In this document: piece by piece, positions 39,429 to 49,299 of the stretch
How positions within the stretch are numbered: the first letter of the stretch is position 1
How the letters are laid out: every line of letters begins with the position of its first letter
Assembly (NCBI GenBank): GCA_913060675.1
Contig: CAJXUS010000017.1
Span: 3,988 to 67,987 of the forward strand
Direction of reading: 5' to 3'
Length of the DNA stretch: 64,000 nt
DNA from: an uncultured Rhodospirillales bacterium
Lineage (GTDB): Bacteria > Pseudomonadota > Alphaproteobacteria > Kiloniellales > Kiloniellaceae
Program-made: the position numbers and the translations under genes
Notes under the pieces: model-generated
What the model saw: the letters and a program-made list of their open reading frames with translations, nothing else
The model's database searches: none
Told to the model about the DNA's origin: nothing

Positions 39429-39564
39429 AGGAATGAGCACTTAAGAAATATTGCTCATAATTTAAAGCTTACCTTTTTGGAACAGTGTTCTAGTAAGCTT
39501 TAGTTTTTTTACTTAGAGCACCTGATATCCGTATGGATGTTTAGGTTTTAATGCTCTGTAATAG

Positions 39565-40485
39565 ATGACGAGCCTCATGACTCAGAAATCCATACCCGCT
39601 AAACAACCGCTTTTAGATTGGTTGCGCCGGAACGTGGCAAAACTGGTAGTGGCACCGACTTTTGCATTGATGATATTCTTTGTTTATGGCTTCATCGCCT
39701 GGACAGGATACATCTCTCTTACAAAGTCAAAGATGCTTCCGAGCTACTCTTTCGAGGGTTTTTACCAGTATATCCGCCTCTGGAAAATGACCCCCTGGAA
39801 TGTTGCCATGGAAAACCTGCTAATATTTGGCGGTCTTTTCATTCTAGTCTCCATCGTTTTAGGATGTCTCCTTGCAATTGCTCTGGACCAACGCGTTCGT
39901 GCCGAAGGTGTTTTACGCACAATATACCTTTATCCAATGGCCATATCCTTCATCATCACTGGTACAGCTTGGAAATGGATCTTAAATCCAGGCCTCGGCA
40001 TTCAAAACACAGTGCGGTCCTGGGGATGGGAAAGTTTTTCTTTTGATTGGCTCATAAACAGTGAAATGGCGGTTTATACGCTTGTCATTGCAGCCGTTTG
40101 GCAATCGTCGGGCTTTGTCATGGCGCTATTTCTAGCCGCTCTACGCGGTGTAGATAGTGAGATCATAAAAGCTGCTTATCTAGACGGCGCCTCTCTATCA
40201 CGCATTTATCTCGTCATCATCCTCCCCACTTTACGACCTGTGTTCCTAAGCTGTTTCTTTATCCTCACCCACTTGGCAGTAAAGAGCTTTGATCTAGTGG
40301 TGGCTTTGACCGGCGGTGGACCTGGATACAGTACAATATTGCCTGCGAATTTCATGTACGAAATGACGTTTAGACGTAATCAGATTGGACTGGGTGCAGC
40401 CTCTGCAATAATGATGTTGGCAACAGTTATGGCAATCGTAATCCCTTATCTCTATTCGGAACTAAGGGAGAAGAAGCATGACTGA
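39565..40485 (+). CDS. Sugar ABC transporter permease (GtsB-like)
   Basis: EAA-like loop GVDSEIIKAAYLDGA; KSFDLVVALTGGGPG. Confidence 0.92.
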   Translation: MTSLMTQKSIPAKQPLLDWLRRNVAKLVVAPTFALMIFFVYGFIAWTGYISLTKSKMLPSYSFEGFYQYIRLWKMTPWNVAMENLLIFGGLFILVSIVLGCLLAIALDQRVRAEGVLRTIYLYPMAISFIITGTAWKWILNPGLGIQNTVRSWGWESFSFDWLINSEMAVYTLVIAAVWQSSGFVMALFLAALRGVDSEIIKAAYLDGASLSRIYLVIILPTLRPVFLSCFFILTHLAVKSFDLVVALTGGGPGYSTILPANFMYEMTFRRNQIGLGAASAIMMLATVMAIVIPYLYSELREKKHD

Positions 40486-41365
40486 TATCACCGCTCTGCC
40501 CGGGGGTAAAAGTCCATGGCAATCTGCTGCACGCTTTGGCCTATACACTCTTCTATTAATTTTTGCCGCTTACTACATACTTCCTCTGATTGTTGTTCTT
40601 TCAACATCCATGAAAGATCTCGACGAAATCAGAAATGGTACTCTTTTGTCCCTACCAGCTGAAATAAACTTTGATGCATGGGGTTACGCCTGGAATGAAG
40701 CTTGTATTGGGGTAAGTTGCACCGGGTTGAAACCTTATTTCTGGAATTCAGTTGCGATGACAATTCCAGCGGTAACAATTTCGACCTTGCTGGGCGCTCT
40801 AACGGGTTTTTCGCTGACAAAATTCAAGTTTAAGGGTGCAAACTTAATTTTTGCAATGATCCTTTTTGGGTGCTTTATCCCATTTCAAGTTGTCCTGCTC
40901 CCCATGGCACAATCCCTTGGTTTCCTGGGAGTGGCCAATACTGTGCCTGGACTGGTATTGGTCCATATCGTTTACGGTCTTCCGTTCACAGTCCTGTTTT
41001 TCAGAAACTACTATGTCAATATTCCAGATGATCTCATCAAGGCAGCCACGATTGATGGCGCAGGATTTTTCATGATTTTCTGGCGGATCATGTTGCCTCT
41101 TTCCCCCCCCATTATCGTGGTGACAGTTATTTGGCAATTTACTCAGATCTGGAATGACTTTCTTTTCGGTGCATCGTTTACCACTGGTGGCGGACAACCT
41201 GTCACTGTTGCTTTGAACAATCTTGTAAACACGACGACTGGTGTCAAACAATACAACGTTGATATGGCTGCAGCCTTAATTACAGCCGCTCCAACACTGG
41301 CAGTATATGTGCTGGCAGGTCGTTACTTCGTACGCGGTTTAACCGCTGGCTCAGTTAAAGGGTAA
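40478..41365 (+). CDS. Sugar ABC transporter permease (GtsC-like)
   Basis: IPDDLIKAATIDGA, FTQIWNDFLFG and GLTAGSVKG motifs. Confidence 0.92.
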   Translation: MTDITALPGGKSPWQSAARFGLYTLLLIFAAYYILPLIVVLSTSMKDLDEIRNGTLLSLPAEINFDAWGYAWNEACIGVSCTGLKPYFWNSVAMTIPAVTISTLLGALTGFSLTKFKFKGANLIFAMILFGCFIPFQVVLLPMAQSLGFLGVANTVPGLVLVHIVYGLPFTVLFFRNYYVNIPDDLIKAATIDGAGFFMIFWRIMLPLSPPIIVVTVIWQFTQIWNDFLFGASFTTGGGQPVTVALNNLVNTTTGVKQYNVDMAAALITAAPTLAVYVLAGRYFVRGLTAGSVKG

Positions 41366-41379
41366 GGAGAAATATCCTC

Positions 41380-42504
41380 ATGGCATCCCTATCCATACAA
41401 AACGTCAAAAAATCATACGGTTCTGTCGAAGTCCTTAAGGGCATTGATCTCGACCTAGAGAATGGCGAATTCCTCGTGCTCCTCGGGCCTTCCGGTTGTG
41501 GTAAATCAACCCTGCTCAACATGATTGCAGGCTTGGATACGATTACCGATGGCGAAATCCTTATTGATCAAACCGTTGTAAACGACGTCCACCCAAAGGA
41601 CCGTGATATTGCAATGGTTTTCCAAAGTTACGCCCTCTACCCTAATATGTCAGTGGCCAGAAACATTGGTTTTGGTCTCGAAATGCGCAAAGTGACCAAG
41701 GAAGAACGTGAGCGTCGTGTTGATGAAGCCGCTCGCATGCTTCAAATTGATCACCTAAGTGACCGTAAGCCTGCTCAGTTATCTGGTGGTCAGAGGCAAC
41801 GTGTAGCCATGGGCCGTGCCCTTGTACGCGATCCAGAAATCTTTCTCTTCGATGAACCCCTTTCCAACCTGGATGCAAAACTCCGGGTAGAAATGCGCAC
41901 AGAGATTAAAAAGCTCCACCAACGCCTTGGTACGACGATGGTCTATGTAACACATGACCAAATTGAAGCCATGACACTTGCCAGCCGTATTGCCATCCTC
42001 AAAGAGGGTGAAGTACAGCAATTCGCCAGCCCGCAGGAAGTTTATGAAAAGCCAGCAAACATGTACGTCGCAGGTTTTGTTGGTTCACCCCCTATGAATT
42101 TTGTCCCTGCAGCTGTTGTAAGCGAAAACGGAAAGCTCGGAGTTTCTATAGAGCGTACCGCAAATGGAAGCCGCGGCTCTGTGTTCCTTGCATTGCCCGA
42201 GGACCGTCAAGACATCAGCGAATGGGTCGGAAGAGATGTTATTCTAGGTATTCGCCCAGAAACGTTGACCCATTGTTCTGATTCTGAAATGTCCCTCAAC
42301 AACAGATTACAAGCTTTTGATTGCCAAGTAGAAGTTTTGGAACCTACTGGCGCAGATACCCTAACTTATATTGAGCTTGGTGGACGAGAAGTTATCGCAC
42401 GGGTAAACCCATACAATACTACTGAGCCAGGGGAAACTATGGCATTCATGGTAGATATGGGTAAAGCTAGCCTATTCGATCCAAAAACAGAATTACGAAT
42501 ATAG
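41380..42504 (+). CDS. Sugar ABC transporter ATP-binding protein (GtsD/MalK-like)
   Basis: GPSGCGKST, LSGGQRQR, FDEPLSNLD motifs; C-terminal TOBE region. Confidence 0.95.
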   Translation: MASLSIQNVKKSYGSVEVLKGIDLDLENGEFLVLLGPSGCGKSTLLNMIAGLDTITDGEILIDQTVVNDVHPKDRDIAMVFQSYALYPNMSVARNIGFGLEMRKVTKEERERRVDEAARMLQIDHLSDRKPAQLSGGQRQRVAMGRALVRDPEIFLFDEPLSNLDAKLRVEMRTEIKKLHQRLGTTMVYVTHDQIEAMTLASRIAILKEGEVQQFASPQEVYEKPANMYVAGFVGSPPMNFVPAAVVSENGKLGVSIERTANGSRGSVFLALPEDRQDISEWVGRDVILGIRPETLTHCSDSEMSLNNRLQAFDCQVEVLEPTGADTLTYIELGGREVIARVNPYNTTEPGETMAFMVDMGKASLFDPKTELRI

Positions 42505-42511
42505 GTGGCAA

Positions 42512-43393
42512 ATGGAACAGGGCTATACGATTAAAAAAGTTTGGGCGGGACCAGCTTTATTGGGGGAATCTCCGATTTGGGATCACCGAGAAGACTGCCT
42601 CTACTGGTTGGATATCGAAAATGCCCTGCTCTACCGGCAAAACGGAGATGGAACCAATATGGGCTTCATCTCCCTCCCGGCACCCACAGGATCGATCGCC
42701 CTTTGGCAAGACGGAGGCCTTATTGCTGCTCTCGGCCAAGGTCTTTCACATATCGATACTGAAAGCGGTATTGTAACGCCCCTCGCCCCCAGTCTTGGAG
42801 CTGAGGACTGCCTGATGAACGACGGCAAGGCTGACCGCTTTGGTAATTTTATCTTTGGTGCAAAACATCTTTTGGAAAGCAATGCAATTGCTGGCTTCTG
42901 GAGATACCAATCTGGAGAAATTATCCAAGAAAACCAAAAGTTTGTGGTTTTTAATGGTCCAGCATTCAACCCAGAAGGTGACCGTATTTATTTCGCGGAC
43001 TCCCCCTCTCAAAAGATCATGACCGCCTCTTATAGTCCCGAATATGGCATAACCAGCAAACCAGAAATTTTTGTTCAACTCTCAGGAGACGATGGCTACC
43101 CTGATGGCATGACCGTTGATAGTGAAGGCTGTCTCTGGAATGCACAGTGGGATGGATGGGCGCTTACAAGATATCGCCCCAGCGGCACCATTGAGAGAAA
43201 AATCGATATGCCGGTTAGGCGACCGACATCACTTTGTTTTGGTGGAAAAGATCTTAAAACCCTTTTTGTAACTTCTGCATCAACAAGACTTACTCCAGAA
43301 GAACTCGCTCAAAATCCAGATGCAGGCGCTTTGTTCAAAATTGACCTCGATATCACTGGTATCGCCGAAAATATTATTAACTCACAAGATTAA
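42512..43393 (+). CDS. SMP-30/gluconolactonase/LRE family lactonase
   Basis: LGESPIWD, MNDGKAD, FNGPAF, PDGMTVDSEG and LFVTSA motifs. Confidence 0.92.
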   Translation: MEQGYTIKKVWAGPALLGESPIWDHREDCLYWLDIENALLYRQNGDGTNMGFISLPAPTGSIALWQDGGLIAALGQGLSHIDTESGIVTPLAPSLGAEDCLMNDGKADRFGNFIFGAKHLLESNAIAGFWRYQSGEIIQENQKFVVFNGPAFNPEGDRIYFADSPSQKIMTASYSPEYGITSKPEIFVQLSGDDGYPDGMTVDSEGCLWNAQWDGWALTRYRPSGTIERKIDMPVRRPTSLCFGGKDLKTLFVTSASTRLTPEELAQNPDAGALFKIDLDITGIAENIINSQD

Positions 43394-43404
43394 AGATCTT
43401 AATT

Positions 43405-44205
43405 ATGCTCTTGAATAATAAAATTATATTAGTGACAGGCTCCAGTAGTGGAATTGGTCGTGCAATCGCCGAACAAGCCCTCAAAGAAGGGGCGAAGGTA
43501 TTCCTTCATGGCTTACGCGAACAACTGGTGGCCAAAGCGATCACTGAATTGAGCTCGAAATTTGGCGAAGAACGCGTTTCCGGCTTGGCAGGTAATATTG
43601 CCGAACCCGAATTTCCAAAACAGCTTGTTACTAAATGCGTTACGCACTTTGGCACCCTCCATGGGCTGGTAAACAATGCTGGTATTTCTCCTCGGCACAA
43701 TATCGATAGCGCCTCTGCCGAAGATTTTGATCATGTCATGGCCATCAACTTGCGTGCTCCTATGCTCATGATACAGGCCGCAATGGAGAGTTTTCGACGT
43801 CAGGGATTTGGTAGTGTCGTCAATATTGGCTCAATCAATGCGCATTGTGGTCAACCAGATTTGTTGATTTATTCCACGACAAAGGGCGGATTACAAACCC
43901 TAACCCGTAATCTTGGTGATGCCCTTGGACCAGAAAAAATACGGGTAAACCAAGTCAATGTTGGCTGGACCCTCACGGAAAACGAACACAAATTGCAGCT
44001 TACAGAGGGTAACTCTGAAAACTGGTTAGAAAAGGTCTCCCCTCTTTCAGCGCCATCGGGAACAATCCTAAGGCCAGAACAGGTCGCGAACCACGTTATT
44101 TTCTGGGTGTCGGATAAATCCGCTCCCGTAAGTGGTACCGTATTTGAAGTAGAACAATACCCGTTAATTGGACGCAACCGGGTAACGGGCGGGCAAGATA
44201 ACTAA
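43405..44205 (+). CDS. Short-chain dehydrogenase/reductase (candidate aldose dehydrogenase)
   Basis: TGSSSGIG, VNNAG and catalytic YSTTK motifs. Confidence 0.9.
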   Translation: MLLNNKIILVTGSSSGIGRAIAEQALKEGAKVFLHGLREQLVAKAITELSSKFGEERVSGLAGNIAEPEFPKQLVTKCVTHFGTLHGLVNNAGISPRHNIDSASAEDFDHVMAINLRAPMLMIQAAMESFRRQGFGSVVNIGSINAHCGQPDLLIYSTTKGGLQTLTRNLGDALGPEKIRVNQVNVGWTLTENEHKLQLTEGNSENWLEKVSPLSAPSGTILRPEQVANHVIFWVSDKSAPVSGTVFEVEQYPLIGRNRVTGGQDN

Positions 44206-44274
44206 AGTCAATTCAAGTCATGGAAAGAACAAAAAGCAGACTGAAAAAGTCGGGCAAGTAGGAATGAGATTAAA

Positions 44275-46068
44275 ATGACGAACCAAAAACGCATAACACC
44301 GGAAGAACTTAGAAGTAAAAAATGGTTCGATGATGTAGATGACCCCGGCATGTCAGCACTCTATTTAGAACGATATCTAAATTTTGGTCTGACCCGAGAA
44401 GAATTGCAATCCGGTAAGCCCATCATTGGTATTGCACAGACTGGTTCTGATTTAACGCCCTGTAACAGGCACCACACTGATCTCGCGGTTCGCGTAAAAG
44501 AGGGCATTCGCGATGCTGGCGGGATCCCGCTAGAGTTTCCGGTTCACCCTATTCAAGAAACCGGTAAACGTCCAACAGCTGCGCTTGATAGAAATCTGGC
44601 ATACCTTGGTCTTGTCGAAGTGCTCTATGGATACCCTCTGGATGGGGTTGTATTGACCACGGGTTGCGATAAAACCACTCCTGCATGCCTGATGGCCGCT
44701 GCAACCGTCAACATACCAGCCATTGTCCTTTCGGGTGGTCCGATGCTTGATGGTTATCACAATGGACGTGTCGTTGGGTCGGGAAGTATTATTTGGGAAG
44801 GGCGAGAACAACTCGCTGCAGGTGAGCTCGACTACGATGGTTTTATGGATTTAGCCGCCGCATCTGCGCCATCAATAGGCCACTGCAACACCATGGGAAC
44901 GGCCCTTTCCATGAACTGTCTTGCAGAAGCCCTCGGCATGTCATTGCCGGGTTGCGCCTCAATCCCTGCGCCCTATCGTGAACGCGGTCAAATTTCCTAT
45001 TACACTGGTAAACGTATCGTAGATATGGTTTGGGAAGACCTCAAACCCTCAATGATTCTCACCAGAGAAGCCTTTGAAAATGCGATTGTTCTTGCATCTT
45101 CCTTGGGCGCATCAACAAACTGCCCACCACACCTCATCGCGATTGCGCGCCATATGGGCGTAGAGTTGAATATGGATGATTGGCAAAGGATCGGTTACGA
45201 CATCCCGATGATCGTTGATTGCCAACCGACGGGTCGCCACCTCGGTGAACGCTTCCATAAAGCTGGCGGTGTACCGGCCGTTATTGCTGAGCTGATTAAA
45301 GCGGATCTCTTCCACACAAATTGCCTAACCGTGAACAACAAGTCCATTGGTGAAAATTGTCGAAATAGTTTCACCCATGATCGAGACGTCATTCGAAGTA
45401 CCGAAGACCCAATTTTAAAAGCAGCTGGTCTTATGGTTCTATCTGGTAATCTGTTTGACAATGCCGTCCTCAAAACTTCTGCCATTGATGAAGCCTTTAG
45501 CAAAAGATATTTACAAGACCCAGCACAACCCAATGTATTTATTGGTGATGCAATCGTTTTTGAAGGATCAGAGGATTACCACAAAAGAAGAAACGACCCA
45601 GATCTTGGGGTCACTGAGAACTCTATCCTCTTCATTCGTAACTGTGGCCCGATTGGATATCCCGGTTCAGCAGAAGTCGTGAATATGTTGCCGCCCGATA
45701 GCCTTGTTAAACAAGGGATTACCTCTTTACCTTGTGTTGGTGATGGTAGGCAAAGTGGAACGTCAGGAAGCCCCTCCATACTTAACGCCTCTCCAGAAGC
45801 AGCTGTGGGTGGCGGGCTCGCGCTTCTTAAAAACGGTGACAAAATTAGGATCGACCTGAACACCCGACAAGTAGATATGCTCATTGACGATCAAGAACTT
45901 GAAACAAGAAAAGCAAACTTGGTTTTACCTGAGCTGGATAACCAAACACCTTGGCAGGAAATCTATCGATCAATGGTCGGGCAACTTTCAACAGGCGCTT
46001 GTTTGGAACCAGCAACACTACATTTGAGGGTCGTTGATGAAAAAGGATTACCAAGACATTCACATTAG
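44275..46068 (+). CDS. IlvD/Edd family sugar-acid dehydratase (XylD-like)
   Basis: ALYLERYLNFGLTREELQSGKPIIGIAQTGSDLTPCN, GCDKT, GHCNTMGTA, GDGRQSGT and C-terminal LPRHSH, closely resembling Caulobacter XylD as recalled. Confidence 0.88.
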   Translation: MTNQKRITPEELRSKKWFDDVDDPGMSALYLERYLNFGLTREELQSGKPIIGIAQTGSDLTPCNRHHTDLAVRVKEGIRDAGGIPLEFPVHPIQETGKRPTAALDRNLAYLGLVEVLYGYPLDGVVLTTGCDKTTPACLMAAATVNIPAIVLSGGPMLDGYHNGRVVGSGSIIWEGREQLAAGELDYDGFMDLAAASAPSIGHCNTMGTALSMNCLAEALGMSLPGCASIPAPYRERGQISYYTGKRIVDMVWEDLKPSMILTREAFENAIVLASSLGASTNCPPHLIAIARHMGVELNMDDWQRIGYDIPMIVDCQPTGRHLGERFHKAGGVPAVIAELIKADLFHTNCLTVNNKSIGENCRNSFTHDRDVIRSTEDPILKAAGLMVLSGNLFDNAVLKTSAIDEAFSKRYLQDPAQPNVFIGDAIVFEGSEDYHKRRNDPDLGVTENSILFIRNCGPIGYPGSAEVVNMLPPDSLVKQGITSLPCVGDGRQSGTSGSPSILNASPEAAVGGGLALLKNGDKIRIDLNTRQVDMLIDDQELETRKANLVLPELDNQTPWQEIYRSMVGQLSTGACLEPATLHLRVVDEKGLPRHSH

Positions 46069-46205
46069 AGATCGACAATATCAATGTGTCCGATATAATG
46101 CTCATTAATTTATTATAATGAACATTATTCTGGCTAGCACGATCTGTTCTCTATAGAATAATGCCTTACTGCAATTTCATTTATCTTAGCCAGGGATTAG
46201 ATCAC

Positions 46206-47150
46206 TTGACCTCTATTGGAATCATCGGCGAGTGCATGATAGAGCTTTCACGTGCTGAAGGTCATGCAAACAATAGTGACCTCTATCAAAAACGTTACGG
46301 CGGCGATACTTACAACACTGCTTATTATATCGCCCAGTGCGCGAATTCGGATTTAAAGAAAGACATCGACGTTAATTACATCACAGCCTTGGGTGATGAC
46401 GAAATTAGCGAAGACATGATAGCAACCTTTGCTAAAGCGGGTGTTCAAACAGAATTAATTGAGCGGGTTCCCGGGGCAGTTCCGGGTCTTTATGCCATTC
46501 AAACAGATGACCAAGGCGAACGCAGTTTCCTTTATTGGCGATCCCAAGCGCCTGCACGGCGTTTATTCCAAACAGATGGAACGGCTGACTTGACGTCTTC
46601 CCTCCTAAAACATGACTGGTTATATTTCTCAGGTATTACACTCGCCATTCTATATCCTGAAGGCCGTCGTAAACTTTTCGAGATTTGCAAAGAGTTTCGC
46701 GCCCAGGGTGGTAAAGTCGCTTTTGATATCAATTACCGCCCACGGCTATGGGATAATATTGAAGAAGCACGAGATGTTATCAACCAAGCCTATGATGTTT
46801 GCGATCTAGCTCTCCCCTCTTACGATGATGAAGTCCTGTTGTTCGAAGCCACCAATCCAACAGAAGCCATAAACCGTATTATTGATCACGGGGTAAAAGA
46901 GATTGTTCTCAAAAACGGATCCAAAGAGATAAGCATATATTTTGATGGAAAAGTTCAGGAACTTTCTGTAACGCCAGCAGAGTTAGTTAAAGACACTACC
47001 TCAGCTGGCGACAGCTTTAATGCAGGATATATTTACGCCAGGCTTATGGGAAAACCTGTTACGGAGGCCGTCGATATTGCGGGTCAGTTAGCGCGGCAGG
47101 TCATCGCACAAGTTGGAGCGATAGTCCCCATTACCCCGCCCACTCTTTAA
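46206..47150 (+). CDS. kdgK: 2-keto-3-deoxygluconate kinase (PfkB family)
   Basis: IGECMIEL, GGDTYNTA, FDINYRPRLW and DTTSAGDSF motifs. TTG start at 46206 is preferred; the ORF track starts at 46161. Confidence 0.88.
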   Translation: MTSIGIIGECMIELSRAEGHANNSDLYQKRYGGDTYNTAYYIAQCANSDLKKDIDVNYITALGDDEISEDMIATFAKAGVQTELIERVPGAVPGLYAIQTDDQGERSFLYWRSQAPARRLFQTDGTADLTSSLLKHDWLYFSGITLAILYPEGRRKLFEICKEFRAQGGKVAFDINYRPRLWDNIEEARDVINQAYDVCDLALPSYDDEVLLFEATNPTEAINRIIDHGVKEIVLKNGSKEISIYFDGKVQELSVTPAELVKDTTSAGDSFNAGYIYARLMGKPVTEAVDIAGQLARQVIAQVGAIVPITPPTL

Positions 47151-47173
47151 GTAGAAAGCCGGAAATTCAGATC

Positions 47174-47818
47174 ATGTCTTTAGATGAAAACTATCTGTAC
47201 CTCAGTAATGCCTTGAAAAACGCAATTATCCTGCCTGTACTAGTCATTGAGAATGTCGAAGATGCTGTCCCACTGGCCGAATCACTACTCGAAGGAGGCT
47301 GCAGCTCAGTAGAAGTCACGCTGCGCACTGAAGCCGCCCTTCCGGCTATGGAAAGCATAGCTAAAGCCCTTCCAGAGCTATCCCTTGGTGCAGGTACTCT
47401 TTTGGAACCGGAACAGTTTTTACAGGTAAAGAATGCAGGTGCACATTACGCCCTTAGCCCCGGAACGACGAGGACCCTTGCCCAAGCTGCAATAGATTCA
47501 CAAGTAGCTTATGTACCAGCTGCGGCAACGCCATCAGAAGTATTAGAACTACGCGAACTTGGTTTTAAAATACAAAAATTGTTTCCAGCAGGAGCCTCTG
47601 GTGGGATAGAAATGTTGAAATCTCTGGCCTCGCCCATTGCAGACGTGCGCTTTTGCCCAACAGGAGGCGTATCAACTTCCAACGTCAATGATTACTTAAA
47701 ACAACCAAATGTAATCTGCGTTGGTGGTAGCTGGCTCGCCCCCAAGAACCTCGTAGCTGAAAAAAACTGGTCCGCAATAAGCAAAATAGTTCGCGAAAGT
47801 TTGTCAGACGTGAGTTAA
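47174..47818 (+). CDS. eda: KDPG/KHG aldolase
   Basis: VEVTLRT, GAGT, SPG, KLFPA, FCPTGGV and VGGSWL motifs. Confidence 0.95.
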   Translation: MSLDENYLYLSNALKNAIILPVLVIENVEDAVPLAESLLEGGCSSVEVTLRTEAALPAMESIAKALPELSLGAGTLLEPEQFLQVKNAGAHYALSPGTTRTLAQAAIDSQVAYVPAAATPSEVLELRELGFKIQKLFPAGASGGIEMLKSLASPIADVRFCPTGGVSTSNVNDYLKQPNVICVGGSWLAPKNLVAEKNWSAISKIVRESLSDVS

Positions 47819-47869
47819 CGGCTGACCCCAGAGAACAACTAGTTGAAGAACGAGTAAAACTACACGTAA

Positions 47870-49255
47870 TTAGCCAGCCATTAGGGACAGAGCTCTAGCT
47901 TCCGCTTTTTTCGCTTTATCCAACTGGCCAAGTCCTTTGTGTGCTCTGGCGACATACTGCCAATTTTGAACAGATGTCTTTTTCAAAGCGCAGCGTTCAT
48001 TAGCCAACGCGAGGGCAACATTAAACCGCTTTGCGCGCAAAGCAGCTTCCAAAAGCGTCCACCCAATGATATCACGCTGAGCATGACTGCCACCCAGACG
48101 ATGCGTACGATACCGTACAGCCAGTAGTCGATCGACACAGGTGCTGTATTCTTCGTTTTCGAAATCCTGTAGAGCCAAACAGAAAGGGAGACCGATTTCT
48201 CTGCTCATTGCTGTATTGGCATCAGTCGCATGATTAATATGCCGTTCGTTTGCACTGAGTAATGTCTTAGCTGCATCGGATCGACCGTCTGATACAAAGC
48301 TCATCATCGCGTGAACATCATTAAAAGCATAAAGAGTATCAGCCGCGCTCGGCTCCCACTTATCTGCAAGCGAAACCCACCGATCACCAACATCAACACC
48401 TAACAACTTTAAGCGCCACAACAACGCTGCAGCATCCAGTTCTTCATATTTATCAGCAGTTTGGTGAGCTGTTCTGAGACTGTTATCGTAAATATCAAAT
48501 ACACGGTCGACCTGACCAACATCCAGATGAAAAAGAGACAAGTGCCACCAGAGGTGGTTGGCAAAATGGCTTTTGGACCAACTGCCAGCTCTGTCCTTCA
48601 TAAAGTTAATGCCACCAGCCTGACGCCCCTGCATTTCCATCACATGTGAAACCGAATGGACCGCATAAGGATTGTCTGATCGTATTGCCAAAGACATGCG
48701 CCCCATCTCTTCAGCCTGAAAATAATCTGCGTTTTCTTCCAAGCCAAAAGAATAGAAACCAAGAACAAATTCGTACCCTGGTGTATCTTCCCCCCAAAGA
48801 GCAAAAACACGGGCAACGCAATCTCGTTGGCCAGCAACATCCCCTAAAAGAACATCTGTGAGATGAATGAGCTGAAGAGCCAGGAGATCAAAAGGGTTTC
48901 TTGTCAGAACTTTTTCCCATTGCTGGACTGCCCCAAAAAAATCACCGTCTATCCAAGCACGAACGGCTCTGATGTGGCCTTGCTCTCGTTCATTTGCCTT
49001 GCTCCAAAGAGCTTCGGCACAATGAAGGGCCGAAACCATTTTGTCATAGATCCGCGTCTCTAGTGTCTGGGTCAGCCAGGCCGCTTTAAAGCAGTGCCCC
49101 ATAACAAAATCAGGATGTTCTTCGAGAACTTTATCAATCATCCCCATCGGATCACCAAAAAAGTTCATCGTGCAGACATGCGCCTGCTCCATGGCTTCGA
49201 TAGCCTTGTGACTGTTATAGGAAACAGGCACTCCCCGACAATCTTTTAGGGTCAT
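47870..49255 (-). CDS. TTC38-like tetratricopeptide repeat protein (paralogue 2)
   Basis: FGLEENA, YAVHSVSHVMEM, HLWWHLSLFHL, ALLWRLKL and GGSHAQRDII motifs; starts 44 bp after the mdeB-like stop, with GGAG upstream. Confidence 0.85.
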   Translation of the reverse strand: MTLKDCRGVPVSYNSHKAIEAMEQAHVCTMNFFGDPMGMIDKVLEEHPDFVMGHCFKAAWLTQTLETRIYDKMVSALHCAEALWSKANEREQGHIRAVRAWIDGDFFGAVQQWEKVLTRNPFDLLALQLIHLTDVLLGDVAGQRDCVARVFALWGEDTPGYEFVLGFYSFGLEENADYFQAEEMGRMSLAIRSDNPYAVHSVSHVMEMQGRQAGGINFMKDRAGSWSKSHFANHLWWHLSLFHLDVGQVDRVFDIYDNSLRTAHQTADKYEELDAAALLWRLKLLGVDVGDRWVSLADKWEPSAADTLYAFNDVHAMMSFVSDGRSDAAKTLLSANERHINHATDANTAMSREIGLPFCLALQDFENEEYSTCVDRLLAVRYRTHRLGGSHAQRDIIGWTLLEAALRAKRFNVALALANERCALKKTSVQNWQYVARAHKGLGQLDKAKKAEARALSLMAG

Positions 49256-49299
49256 TGCATTCTCTCCAGATAAAAAACTCTACACTGCTTTGCCAACAT

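Noticed and set aside
44275-46068. ilvD or edd assignment
   Set aside because: The N-terminus and context match the XylD/AraC sugar-acid dehydratase subfamily, not branched-chain IlvD or 6-phosphogluconate dehydratase.
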